Shown one piece after another: positions 1 to 11,769 of a DNA stretch of 64,000 nucleotides. Numbering within the stretch: position 1 is the stretch's first letter; each line of letters opens with the position of its first letter. The notes beneath the pieces were generated by a model. It ran no database searches. It saw nothing but the letters and a program-made list of their open reading frames with translations, and was not told the origin of the DNA. Made by a program: the position numbers and the translations under genes. The stretch is from Podarcis melisellensis (taxonomy: Eukaryota). The DNA is taken from the NCBI GenBank assembly GCA_964234715.1, contig OZ174279.1. One strand, written 5' to 3'.

Positions 1-1144
1 GGAGAGGGGAAGAAGCATTTATGCAACCGTGAGTGATGATTACAGCCTCAGTGAAAATATGCCCCCCCAGCTGCTATTTGCACAAGAGAGAGGGGACTCT
101 CACTGGAACCATGGCAGTCAACCCCCCCCCCCACTAATGGAAATGGAACCAAGATACAAGAGAGAAGGTTTAAGCCCCCTCTCCACATGTTGTGATCCCA
201 ACCCTGATCACCACCTGTTAAAAAGTAAAACCAAGACATTACACAATTGGACCCTGAACTCATCTACGAATGTGCAGTTTTTCATTCTGAACTACAGATT
301 GCAGTGAATATATGGACATTTGGGGGCGGGGGGGAGGGAGCCCCACCACACAATGACGTCTAAACAATCTCAGCTGTTTTCTTCCTGCTTATCATCTCTG
401 ATAGTGAGAACCCTGCAGCCACCCAGAGGCTTGAGATAAAGGGGAAAAGCAAGAGTCAGCGGCTGCTGCGTACAGAACTAGGGGAGGGTGCAGAGCGATG
501 TGATTAGTTTTAGAACAATGTCATTTCCTTATCTCGGTCGCTGGATGGGATGTCTGACCTAGTATTAACCCCAAAATTTAATCCTCCCTAAAACCTTTGG
601 TGGGGTTATTTACAGAAGCCTGGCTTTTGGAACAGCACAAAGCTCATACATACTAAACACCCACCCACCTGTTACTACCACAATGTGTGCACTGCTAACT
701 CCCCCTGCCCTTAAATTTTCTTAGTACTAAGACTCTCTCCACTGCATGCAGAAGTTATATGCTTGCATAGTTCTAGCGTCATAGAATTGTAGAGGCTTGT
801 TTCACAAAGGCTTGTTTCAGACTGGGAGATAAACATACAGAGTTTGATGTTGTGATGACACCTTCCCTGTTCCCTCCCCGCGCCACCCACCCACCTGCTT
901 TATTAGAACATCTGAAAGGCGCTTCAGACAGTACTTTGGAAGTGAACTAAAGCATGTCTACCCTGTAGGATAGGTCACTGCTGTTGCTTCTTAATGTTAA
1001 TTCACTGCATGTGGTCTGCTTTCGGATTTGGACATTTGTTTCATGCTGTTCCTGCTTAGAATTGTACAAATGAGAGCTTCTTCTTTGAGATTTCCCAAAA
1101 GGATGGCGCTCAGATCTTTTGCTACCTTGAAATCATATTATAAT

Positions 1145-1279
1145 CAGTGCTTTTTTCTGGGGGGACACAGGGGTATGCATACCCCTAAACATTTTGTGAA
1201 ACTACGTTTGCCTCATTGAGGGGCAGTATTTCAATATGAGTAGGAAAATGAGAGTACCCCTAAACATATTTTTTTAGTG
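1145..1279. mobile_element. hAT-type MITE (family A), right end eroded
   Basis: Starts CAGTGCTTTTTTCTGG. Perfect 8-bp TSD ATTATAAT (1137-44 and 1280-87). Near-identical to the copy at 5764-6205. Confidence 0.75.
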
Positions 1280-1287
1280 ATTATAAT

Positions 1288-1413
1288 TAGTGCTATTTTT
1301 GTAGAAAAAGAGGTGTTGGAACTCACCATGAACACCTCCTTCGTTCTCTTAGAATGGTAATGGCGCCCTCCTGAGAGGTCCCGGAACTGAGTTCTGGCAG
1401 AAAAAAAGCCCTG
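1288..1413. mobile_element. hAT-type MITE (family B) abutting the family A copy
   Basis: Imperfect TIRs (T)AGTGCTATTTTT...AAAAAAAGCCCTG; internal GGAACT repeats. Confidence 0.6.
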
Positions 1414-1489
1414 GTTATTTTTAATAGTACTATGCATGTTAATAAACAACAGACCAGCCACCTAGGTCTCTGCCCAGTGAGCTTATAAT

Positions 1490-1605
1490 CTTTTGTGGGC
1501 TATTGGGTTGTTGCTTTTATTTTGATTATGTATTTTGTGGTTTTCTATTTTGATTTTATTCTGTGACCCACCCTGAGACCTCCAGGTATAGGATGGTATA
1601 TAAAT

Positions 1606-1659
<54 letters not shown>
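1490..1659 (+). mobile_element. LINE (L2-like) 3' tail ending in (AAT)n microsatellite (1607-1659)
   Basis: T-rich 3' UTR, then CACCCTGAG...GGATGGTATATAAAT and (AAT)n, the typical squamate L2-type terminus. Confidence 0.5.
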
Positions 1660-2440
1660 TTACTTTGCAGCAGGGGAGGGATTTTGGCTGGGGTGAGAGC
1701 TATTTTCTATTAAAAAGACAAAACAGTGGCAAGCCTTCTGCAAGACAGCTATTTGCAGTACAAAACACCCTCGCAAAGCCTGCTTCTCACTTGTTCTGTT
1801 TTGCCACCCAAAAGAGAAGGAACAGTTTCAGAGAAGGACCTGGTTAGCTGACTCTAGGTGGTTTGTTCCATTGTGACTGGGCGCACTCCCTCTCTCTCTC
1901 GAATCCTGGGAACTGTAGTTTACCCCTCAAAAAGCTACAGTTCCCTGCACCCTAAACAGACTATAGTTCCCAGGATTCTTTCCTTTTGGGGTGGGGTGGG
2001 GTGGAGATGCAGCCTAGGATTCTTTCAGCATCCACTTCCTGGAAACCTCTAGACAAAAGTGCCTCCATTTTCATTAAGAATAGCTTGCAGACTGATGCTA
2101 GCATTTCCCCATTTCGGATCCTCTTGAGAGTGAAAGGAAGAAAATGGAATGACCAAGTGGTTTGCTGTTGATATCTGTTACGAATCCATTAGCTCAGATT
2201 GTTTTGTTTTCTCTTTGCCCGCCAAGAGAGGGATTTCCGCAATAAGGCAAAAAGCAATGATGTCTGGTAAGCTCCCCTGCTTCTACAGATGGAGAGATCT
2301 CTGGGGCTTGGGATTTGGGTTCATGCTTTGTTTTATGGAAGGGCAGCTTTGAAGAGGGGACAAGGGGGTGTGGACCAGGTACCCCTTCTCATACCCCCAT
2401 GCCCATATATGGGCATGAGCCCCCAAATATATTTATTGTA

Positions 2441-2666
2441 CAGTGGTACCTCAGGTTACATACGCTTCAGGTTACAGACTCCGCTAACCCAGAAATAGTA
2501 CCTCAGGTTAAGAACTTTGCTTCAGGATGAGAACAGAAATCGTGCTCTGGCAGCACAGCGGCAGCAGGAGGCCCCATTAGCTAAAGTGGTGCTTCAGGTT
2601 AAGAACAGTTTCAGGTTAAGAACGGACCTCCGGAACGAATTAAGTACTTAACCTGAGGTACCACTG
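2441..2666. mobile_element. Tc1/mariner (pogo/Tigger-like) MITE
   Basis: 18-bp perfect TIR CAGTGGTACCTCAGGTTA / TAACCTGAGGTACCACTG, TA target duplication on both sides, internal TCAGGTTA repeats. Confidence 0.9.
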
Positions 2667-3759
2667 TACCTGACATTCCTCTCCTTTCCCTGCCGCCCTG
2701 GATATTATGAGAATTTTTTCTTGGGTGCACCTTGCTTGCTTTCAACCCACCCCTTTCCTCTTTTGGGATTTGCTTTCTGACATCGAGAGGCTGTCCCAGC
2801 TCCACAATCTGTCATGCCCCAGGCCTTTCTTCTTTCCTGCCACTCCCCAAGGGACCAGCTTGCACTCTGCACTGCTGCTCCCTATCCCCAGACAGACAAG
2901 CCTCTGCTCCTCCCAGCAACACGAAATCCTGGAGTTGGGTGAAGAGCAGTGGACTGTGAGTACAGCATTCTGCCAGATCTAGCCATCCAATCGCTCTAAC
3001 TGCGTAATAAAGATACAGTGTTATGACCCAGACTGCATGCTGCAGTAAACAGCATCTCATAAAACAAACATGAATCATCTCTCAGATTCCCATCATTACA
3101 CACCACTTCTTGGAATTAAGGCTGTTCTGGAAAAGCCAAATACAGTCTGTTGTGGGGCTCTTCATCCTCATTTCCTACCTACAGGCCCCAGTGCCAAGAT
3201 CTTAATACCCCCCCCCCCCCAGTTTTGGTTCCACTTGCGTTAACAATGTGTTGTTTTGGGCAGTCATCCATACCTAACTGCTTGGCTATTAAAATGTCTG
3301 CTCGGTGCTGCAAATGCGCATTTATTTTCCAATCTGATCAGCCAGTGATGGGTAATTTAGAAGGCCAAGAACATGGCATATTTGGGAGCATCAGAGGGCT
3401 GGCTAGTTTTATCGGATACAGGCCTGCCTTCCAGCATTTAAGAATTCATTGGGTCAAATTAGAATTATGCTTTCGTAAGTTGGCACACATGGTACGTTAA
3501 ACAGCAGTAGCTTCAAACACTGTGCACAGCAGAGAAACAAAATCACTAGCATATTCATTAGGGTAGCCAGGCAAAAAAGAAAACAGGAGTCCTACGGTTT
3601 TCACAGGTGTGTGGGAAAGGGAATGATTACAAATTACGCCTCCTGAAACAATGATTAAACCTTCAGGAGCCCTCCTCTCTTTTTCACCTGTCAATACTAC
3701 TCAGCGATATTTTAAATATATTAAACAGTATAGAAATTAAATAATCCATGATCTATATC

Positions 3760-3919
3760 CAGTGGCGTAGCGTGGGGGGTGCAGGGGGGGCCGGCCGCAC
3801 CAGGCGCAACATCTGGGGGGGGCGCGCTCGCAGCTCTCTGCCCCTGCTAAAATCCACGAGTTAGGGGGCGCAAATTCCTTGCCTTGCCCCGGGTGCTGAC
3901 AACCCACGCTACGCCACTG
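3760..3919. mobile_element. hAT MITE, CpG-rich (young)
   Basis: 17-bp perfect TIR CAGTGGCGTAGCGTGGG; 8-bp TSD TCTATATC/TCTATACC. Confidence 0.9.
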
Positions 3920-4690
3920 TCTATACCTTCCCCAGGTGCAGCTGGAAATGAGGGAAGGTGAAAAAATGGTTTTCTCATTGTGTGCAGGAGTTTAGAGTTG
4001 CCATATTTCAAAAAATAGAAACCAGGACACCCCAAAAGTGTAATGTCTGGGGCGTATGGTGGCCATATGATTGTTCCTTGGCCAAGGGAAGTGAGACCTT
4101 TGGTTAACTTGAACATTCATCATTTCATTTGTGAGAGTCGAGGGGCTGAGCTGCAGGCGGCTGTCTGAGATGAGCCAGGAAACAAGCAAGGATCAAAGCC
4201 AGGGAGCAGGCCAATGGAAACATGGGAGGCCTGGGAACAAGGAGTAGGTATGTACTAGTTTTCTCCTGTGGACAAAACTAGGGAGTGGGGAGGCAGGTGA
4301 TTTGGAAAACTGTGATGTGGAAAGTGTTACCCCCCCCCCACTCCCGTGCTACAGTTATGATCAAACTGACAGCCTGCGTGTTTGCAGTAAGAATATGGAC
4401 GGAAGTGGGATAGAATCAGCATCACATCTCAGGCCTGCTTACCATCTCACCTTGAGACTTTGAATATAATGTTTTAAGTGGCATGGGTGAGCATAAAATC
4501 CAAAGTACATAACTCTGATAACATATTCCTTGTTCCTTTAAAATGACATGTGTGCTAAAGATCATGGCCTGAAGCCAACTCAAACGATAAATGTTGCATT
4601 AAAACCAACTGAAGAAGTGAGTAATGGTTAACTTCAAGCACATGTTTCTGATCATTTGGAGGGGGAAATGTAGGTACATGTGTATCTTTC

Positions 4691-4823
4691 TATGGGTGTA
4701 GCCAAGGGGGGGGCAGGGGAGCAGTTGCCCTCAAAATAAATAAAAATACATAGCAAACTGAGGTTCTGCCCCCCCCAACAAAAGGCCTGCCCCCCCCCAA
4801 CTAAAATCCTGGTTATGCCCATT
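4691..4823. mobile_element. hAT MITE
   Basis: Degenerate TIR ATGGGYGTAGCCA / TGGTTATGCCCAT; 8-bp TSD TATCTTTC/CATCTTTC. Confidence 0.75.
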
Positions 4824-5763
4824 CATCTTTCCCCCTGTGATTCTTGTAGCAGTGTCTTTGGATGTGAGAGGTAGGTCAGGAAATATCTCATGGAAGAGAG
4901 GGTTAAACAATCCCCCCCAACACTGCTCTGATTCTGATTCTCCAATAATTTATTATAATAGTTTAGAATTTAATTTCATTATCAGCATGTCTTTTGCAAT
5001 TCTACTAAACTAGTGGTTTAAAGAAATATGATTATTTCTGCTCCTGTCCCTTTCTGTAGCTGCTCAAACAGATAACCCTAAATCTTTAGTGCTGCTTCAG
5101 TCAGTTACAGCTATATTATTCTTTTCAAAATATGCCCAGTACTACTAGTTCCAGGGTAGTGGCACTGTAGCTGGGAAAGAGGCATTTCCTGTAATAAGAA
5201 GTAAATGTTATTTCTGAAAATAGTTGTGTCTGATTAATATTCAAGACACAGAGCTGCATTTGGGGTTTCGCAGCTGCATTAAGAGGCTACAAAAGAGCTG
5301 TCAAATCCAAGCTGCCTCTGAGTTGTTAATGCAAAATGGATACCAAACAGAAGAGCCTAGCAAATCAACTACTACATTCTGCTAGTGAGACTTCCTAGTC
5401 TCCACAGCTTGTTGCTAAGATCCGTCTCTATCAATTCATGTATGTTTTTGATTGCTTTGAGTCCCAGCAAATTCTACATGACATCTCTCTTTTTTCCTTA
5501 TGGAGGTTGATAATGGCAGGGCACATTCTTCTGGCTTTAAGGAGGCATACCATTTTTACAAGGTACTCAGATGGGGCTGGGGGGCCAGAAACAGATATTA
5601 AGTCCTGTAAAACTGTGCAGGATGCTTTGTTAACTAAAATATTTCAGTCAACATAGCTTCCCTAATATTTTTTTTAATTTTAAAATTGCCCTCTTGTTTT
5701 CTGTGCCACATCAACAGTATTCACTGGAGCTTTTGAGCCCTCCTTTTAGGAAATTTGTGGGGT

Positions 5764-6205
5764 CAGTGCTTTTTTTCTGGAGGGACGCAGGGGTAGAACA
5801 GCATCAGTCAATTAGCGACACGAGCCTCAGACACGTTCCAAGACTCATGCACGCCCTTTCTGCAGACTTTCCACAACAGAAGATGCACCCAGAAGAGCAT
5901 ATTTACAGCTTTATTCAACGTTGGTCAGAACAAAGGAAAAACATGACTGCTTGTGTCCATGTCGAGGAAGCAGCCAGCAATAAAAGCTATATACAAAATG
6001 GAAACTCCCTGTGAGCAGGAAGTACGCAGGCTTGTGACACACAACAGCCTGTCCCTTTTTAAGGAGGAACGGAAATATCCTAATAACGCATACCCCTAAA
6101 CATTTTGTGAATCTAAGTTTTGCCTCATTGAGGGGCAGTATTTCAATATGAGTAGGAAAACGAGAGTACCCCTGAACATGTTTTTTTACGGGGGGAAAAG
6201 CACTG
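5764..6205. mobile_element. hAT MITE family A carrying a ~290-bp insertion (5796-6086)
   Basis: TIR CAGTGCTTTT / AAAAGCACTG. Both arms align to 1145-1276, which lacks the insert. Confidence 0.8.
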
Positions 6206-6518
6206 GGAGGGGGTATACTGAAATGACCTACAAAGAGGCCAGTGAACATGCTGAAGACATTTTGTAGCGTTGCCCTCACGTTATAGTGGTCAATGAGTCT
6301 TTCCCTCCCACACTTCAAACTTATTTCAAGCTCGCTGAGATGTGGGTCTCTTTCTACAAACAAATGCTTACATGTCAGCAATGCTTCCTAGAATGCCCAT
6401 GTGATCAGGAAACATCTCGCCACTGTGACCATGAGCGGTGCTTTTCTAAAGCTTGAGAGCAAGTAAAGCTCAGATGTAAAGATGGGCGCAAAGAGTCCTG
6501 TACTAAAATGAGCGTCTT

Positions 6519-6584
6519 CATAGAATTAGAGTACTGTAGAATGGGAAGGGACCCCACGGGTCAGCTAGTCCAACCCCCTGCAAT
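6519..6584 (-). mobile_element. CR1 LINE 3' end fragment
   Basis: Reverse complement of TTGCAGGGGGTTGGACTAG...GGTCCCTTCC...ATTCTATG; same family as 11417-11488. Confidence 0.7.
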
Positions 6585-8643
6585 ATATATATATGGTCTG
6601 AAGGCAGAAAAGACCTCTCGACCACCCCATACCTTTAATAAGGTTAGTGTTCCATGGGATCTTGTTCTCAGGTTTGGTGCAGTCTCATCACTCCCCGCAT
6701 TAATTGTGCCAACATTGCGTGTGGTGACTTCATTATAAATGCTGAAGGGGCTAAGCCAGAATCAGAAAAGGTCCTTGAGGAGTCCATTTTTCTGATTTTG
6801 TATGTCATGTGGCAGAGGATAGCAACAGATGCATTGATGTGACAGTTTGTAAAAGTGGGAGGGGCCTGCTACTAATTCAGGAGTTGGAGCAGGCATTCAT
6901 TCCACCTTGGCCCATTCCCAGGCAAAACCATGCTAAATTGGTGCTTTCCAGTTAGTAATGGGGCAACCAATATATAAAGAGTTTAACAAGGCAACCCTAC
7001 TGAAAAAAATATGTCTTACTTCTATGTAAGCATCTATATTGGCTTGCCCCACACTAGTTAAAAACATTTAATTTGTGATATCCGAAGACTAAAAACAGGG
7101 GTGCTGTAACTTTACAGAGGCTGCAATCTGAACTCCACTTACCTGGGAGTAAGTCCCGTTGTGTTCAAAAGGATTTTCTTTTGAGTAGACATGGTTAGGC
7201 TTTCGATGCTAGTCAAAGAAAGGGATTGCTGGATAAACATGCCGACAACAAACACTCCACATGCCACATGAAAGTATATTTTAAAAAAAATGTTAAAAAT
7301 GCCTTGTAAGCTATGTCTTCAGGTTTTCTGACACAATGGTCTTGCAAGAATTGTAAAGCACCAATCCTAGCACACAAACTCATTACAGTATGTGCTTATG
7401 CCATGTGAAATAATATTGGAGACCAGAACAATATTTCTTTATTTGAAGCTAATGAAAGATGGGCATGGATCTGTCAGCGGAGCTTTGTACGACAGGCATG
7501 AAGCCTTTCTGTTTGCTGTCAGAGAACTGTAAGGCATTTTCTTCCTTGTGCTCTACATACACATTATTTATGTAGGACATGATCCTTCCCAACCTAGCAC
7601 TTCTAAGCCTCATTGATTCCACCGAGGGAGATAAGCATATGCTTCAATCTTTCCCACTAAAATCAATGGAGCTTAAAAGTGCTTGGCCCCAGCCATGCAT
7701 GTGGAATGAAGGTCAGAAGTGTTACACAGCAGAAAAATAGCTTTACAGCATTTATGTATACTTATAATTAAGACTCAAGTTTTTATTGACTTTTCTTTCA
7801 AAGGTTGAGGATACAGAAAAATCCTCTGGTTTCAGTGAATACAGAGATTAGTTTTCTCATTTAAAATGTGCTTCTTTTTTAGTGTGTTGATTATTGGTTT
7901 ATTAATCTTAAAATATATAATCTGCTTTTCCACTTGTTCCCTCGTGATGACTTACATATTCATCCCAAGACATACTGAACAGTAAAAAACAAAAACATAC
8001 CCAGTATATATATATAAATGAAAAGGTAGTACAAGTTGCAGAAATATCCTGAAGATGATTGTTGCAAGTGAAGCCAGTGGCACCATGCAACCTCGATGGG
8101 TGGTACAGAAATACAGTCAAACTCATATTCCAAATGATTTCTTTTTATGAAAGCAGTATATAAAGCGAAAGTGGGAGAAAAGCTGTGAATATATGCAGTA
8201 AAGAAAAATAGTTTTGCGTACTCAGCAAGTAGGCTAGTAATGTAGCCTCTAGTACTGTACAGAGTTTTCCAAAGCCTGCGGTTCTCCCGGGGCTGGAAAG
8301 GGATTATTTTAACCTCTGGTTTGCTAGTAAAACTGAATAACAGTGTCACAGAATGGTGCATGTCTAAAAAGTGTGTCACCAACATGAAAAGTTTGGAAAG
8401 CTCTGCTCTAGTTGTTCTTGGAGCCTCTTAGCAAGGTTGAGGAGTGAAAAAATAGAGGCTTACCCCACCCTGGTCCCAATGTTTTATATCATCTAGTCAA
8501 CAGGGTCATAGCTGAGGGACTAACTACCAGTGGTGTGGGCTGCCTGGGGGTAGGTGTGAGGTGTGTGTCTTCAAGTCCATCCAAGGAAAGGCATGATTAA
8601 CACTAGGAATTAGCACTAGGAATCACTCTGAGAAGGTGACAAG

Positions 8644-8955
8644 CATACCCTCCAATATTTCTCCGATGTAAACAGGAACATCCTATTCCATAATAATAAT
8701 TTTAAAATTTATACTCTGGGTGGCTTCCAGCATATATAAAAACACAACAAAACACAAAACATTAAAAAACTTCCCTATACAGGACTGCCTTCAAATGACT
8801 TGGGGGGCAGATAACTCCATAGCCTCCCACATTTTTCTGATGAAAATAGGGACATCCTAAGGCAAAGCAGGACATTCCTTGATAAAATCAGAAACAAGAA
8901 CAGCTTCTGTAAATCTGGAACTGTCCCTGGAAAATAGGGACACTTTGAGGATCTG
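8644..8955. mobile_element. Non-autonomous DNA transposon with 6-bp TSD, containing a LINE 3' fragment
   Basis: Imperfect TIR CATACCCTCCAA / TTTGAGGATCTG, flanked by GACAAG on both sides (8638-43, 8956-61); subterminal AAATAGGGACA repeats. Confidence 0.65.
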
Positions 8956-10379
8956 GACAAGTGAAGAAGAATGTGGCTAATTCTGTGCCAGACAAGTATG
9001 TGGATTTAAGAGAGGATTGTGATTTCTAGTTATTGTAGCCAAGAGCACAACATTCTTAAATCTAAAAGCCTAATTGGAGCAAGTTTGTATCACTACCCCA
9101 CTCTGTCCTGCTTTTTTTTCTTTTGAGGTGCTTTCTTTTAAATATTTTGTTTAAAACAAATTTCCTTTTAAAACATGGCTGTTCTCCTGTACTCCCTTCC
9201 ACCTACAGATGGGATGTTAACACTGCTCTTTTCTAAAAACGCATTAAGATAAATGCAGTTGGGACATGTTTTGTATGACTGTGTAGAATTCCTCATACTG
9301 CTGCCAAATACTGAGACTTGTTAACAATGTAATGCTAGCATAGATAACTTTTTAAAATTCCTTTGGCATTGCTCTCAACTAAATGAATGGAAGATTCAGG
9401 CCCTTGTTTCCTCGCATATCTCTTTTTCCCCAGCTCCCCTCTGGCACATATGTATCATAGTCAATGAAAGCAGCTGGCCATACATAATTAAGCAGTGTTC
9501 ACTTGAGACATCAGCCTCTTGTTCATTTCAGTCCATCCACTGTGTGTGCCCATTGTACTACATGGCCCTTGAAAAGAGAAGGATGCTAGGGGCTATAAAA
9601 ATATATATGACAAAATTGAAGACAACTTTTACAGTGCATGGTTTAAAACACTTCCAAACCAAACAGATAACTGAAAGCAATTTAGAAATGGAAGAAGGCC
9701 AAACACACCATCTACGATGATCCACAACTCTTATTGTTTCCCACCTAAGTGATTTTTCTAATATTACATGTAATGCATCCCCAATAGCAGTTTCCATTGC
9801 TGCCTCTGATTGTTTCAAACATTATTTGCTCACCCTGGAAAGTGATTGCTTTCTAAATTTCCTGGTACCTACTGCCATCTGAATCTGATTTTCAGCATCC
9901 TCTTTCTGTTTTATGTCTTCCTTGTCTGCATGCCTTGGTTTTGCTTCTCTCGGTTTTATATAAGCATGACCATATAGTTTTCTGTCCCTGTACCCTACTT
10001 TCCACGTTGCTGTAAACACACACTTTAGAAATTATTTGCCCATTTCAGGGCATAAAATCGCCACAGGAGTTTCAGCAACTTTCTCAAGGTCCATTCCTTT
10101 CCTAGCAAGAATAGAAAACAAGCCTAAATATAAGGTTGTTGTTTAAACTGTGTTTTAAGATGTAAGATGTAAGAAAAAAAGATTTTAGAAGACTCCATAT
10201 GTTTGGCACCAAATTAAGAGAAAGTTAATCATACAACAGTTCCCGTGAAATCAAGCAGGCAACTTAGTGATTTTAACTTAAATTAGAATGGATCGGGCCC
10301 TGCGTGCAAAGATAGGAGGCAGAAATTCTGCTATTTTTGTTTATCTTGCAACCTCTGCAAAATATATCTGTGTAGTGAA

Positions 10380-10452
10380 CTGAAGAAGTGTGCATGCACA
10401 CGAAAGCTCATACCAAGAACCAACTTAGTTGGTCTCTAAGGTGCTACTGGAC
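10380..10452 (+). mobile_element. Penelope-like element terminal fragment with hammerhead-ribozyme core
   Basis: CTGAAGA-A-GTGTGC-AT-GCACAC-GAAA-GCTC-ATACC...GGTCTCTAAGGTGCTAC matches the recalled reptile Penelope pLTR signature; followed by (CA)n at 10453-79. Confidence 0.7.
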
Positions 10453-11124
10453 AACACACACACACACACACACACACACCTCTTCTGGCAGCACATAATG
10501 TTGAAAAAAATCACATGAAATTCAACTCTTATGGGTTTTGCTATCAGTTTTCTGTCAATAGGACTATAACGGTGGGTTTACCTTAAGGCAGTATGGAGCC
10601 AGAGTCTTGCTCTTGACAAATGAGTATTAAGAGCTCAGAATGTCAGGTGATGTGCCCAAATGGGAGCCTATTGTTAAAATAAGAAAACCAGATCAGAGAA
10701 CAGGGTAGATAAGATGCTCACCAGATAAGGATGATGCAATCTAGATTACTATGTGAAAAGAAACAATAAAAACCTGCAGTTTGGGTTCTAGGGTGGGTCA
10801 TTACTTTAGGGCAGCCCTCTTTTTAAAGGCGTCTTCTTTCTGAGGAGCTGCCAAGCCTGGTTTAAAGATAAAGGTGGGCTTCGGGTCCCCACCAAGCATT
10901 GTTTGGACAGATTGAGAAGGAAGCACAAGGTGCTGCCTTCCTTACTAAGGTGATATATATTTCTATTTAAATAATAGTGTTTTCTCTCTCTCTAAATTTG
11001 GGTCTGAACCTGAAAAACTAACAGAAAAATTATAATTATATAATAATATTATATATTATTATTATTATTATTATTATTATAAGTGTCCTTTTCGGGTGTG
11101 ATGTATATAAGGCCACTATAAATT

Positions 11125-11193
11125 GTTGCTGTTGTTTAGTTGTGTCCGACTCTTCGTGACCCCATAGACCAGAGCACGCCAGGCACTTGTCTT
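11125..11193 (-). mobile_element. RTE/Bov-B LINE 3' end, heavily 5'-truncated
   Basis: Minus strand GGGGTCACGAAGAGTCGGACAC...(CAA)n tail; 12-bp TSD CCACTATAAATT (11113-24, 11194-205). Confidence 0.8.
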
Positions 11194-11416
11194 CCACTAT
11201 AAATTAGACAACTTTATGTTTTGCAGTTAGCTGGGGGAATATCTCATCCCACACAAAGCAAATGGTTATTGGATTGTATACCAACTTTAACTCACGAGTG
11301 GACCCATTGGAATTAATGGACTAGGTTTGCCATGGCCATTAATTTCAACGCATCTACTCTGTATCTCAGCTAACAGGTTGGCCGGCTATCATCTGTGTCA
11401 TGTATGCACGAGCTAG

Positions 11417-11488
11417 TTGAGATTCCTGCCTTGCAGGGGGTTAGACTAGATGATCCTGGGGGTCCCTTTCAACTCTTATGATTCTATG
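11417..11488 (+). mobile_element. CR1 LINE 3' end directly upstream of the CpG island
   Basis: GCAGGGGGTTAGACTAGATGATCC...GGTCCCTTTCAACTCT-TATGATTCTATG; CR1 ATTCTRTG terminus. Confidence 0.8.
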
Positions 11489-11769
11489 GACTTTTGGATC
11501 AAGCCACCGGACGAACGCTACGGCCGCCGGTTTGAATTTGGGCGGGAAAAGCCGTTGTCGCGGGGAAGGGGGGCGGGGTTTCCACCTTCGGAACGTCGGG
11601 ATTGGGCCGAAGCACGAGCGGCGCGCGCATACTCCCTGCCCAGTAACTGTGCTGCGCGAGACAAGTGATAGAAAAATGGGCGGGGGGGGAGGAGTAAGGG
11701 CGCAGGGCTACAAAGCGAAGCGGCGGCAACAACACGCGTGCGCACTGCCTGCCGCATTACGTCAGCGTC

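Noticed and set aside
2441-2666. Repeated TCAGGTTA units resembling a CRISPR-like array
   Set aside because: Irregularly spaced subterminal repeats inside a TA-flanked MITE in a eukaryotic genome; no spacer structure or cas genes.
1-11400. Exons of a neighbouring protein-coding gene (RGR lies upstream of CCSER2 in human)
   Set aside because: No opsin-like or other recognisable coding exon found by eye; very small exons could have been missed.
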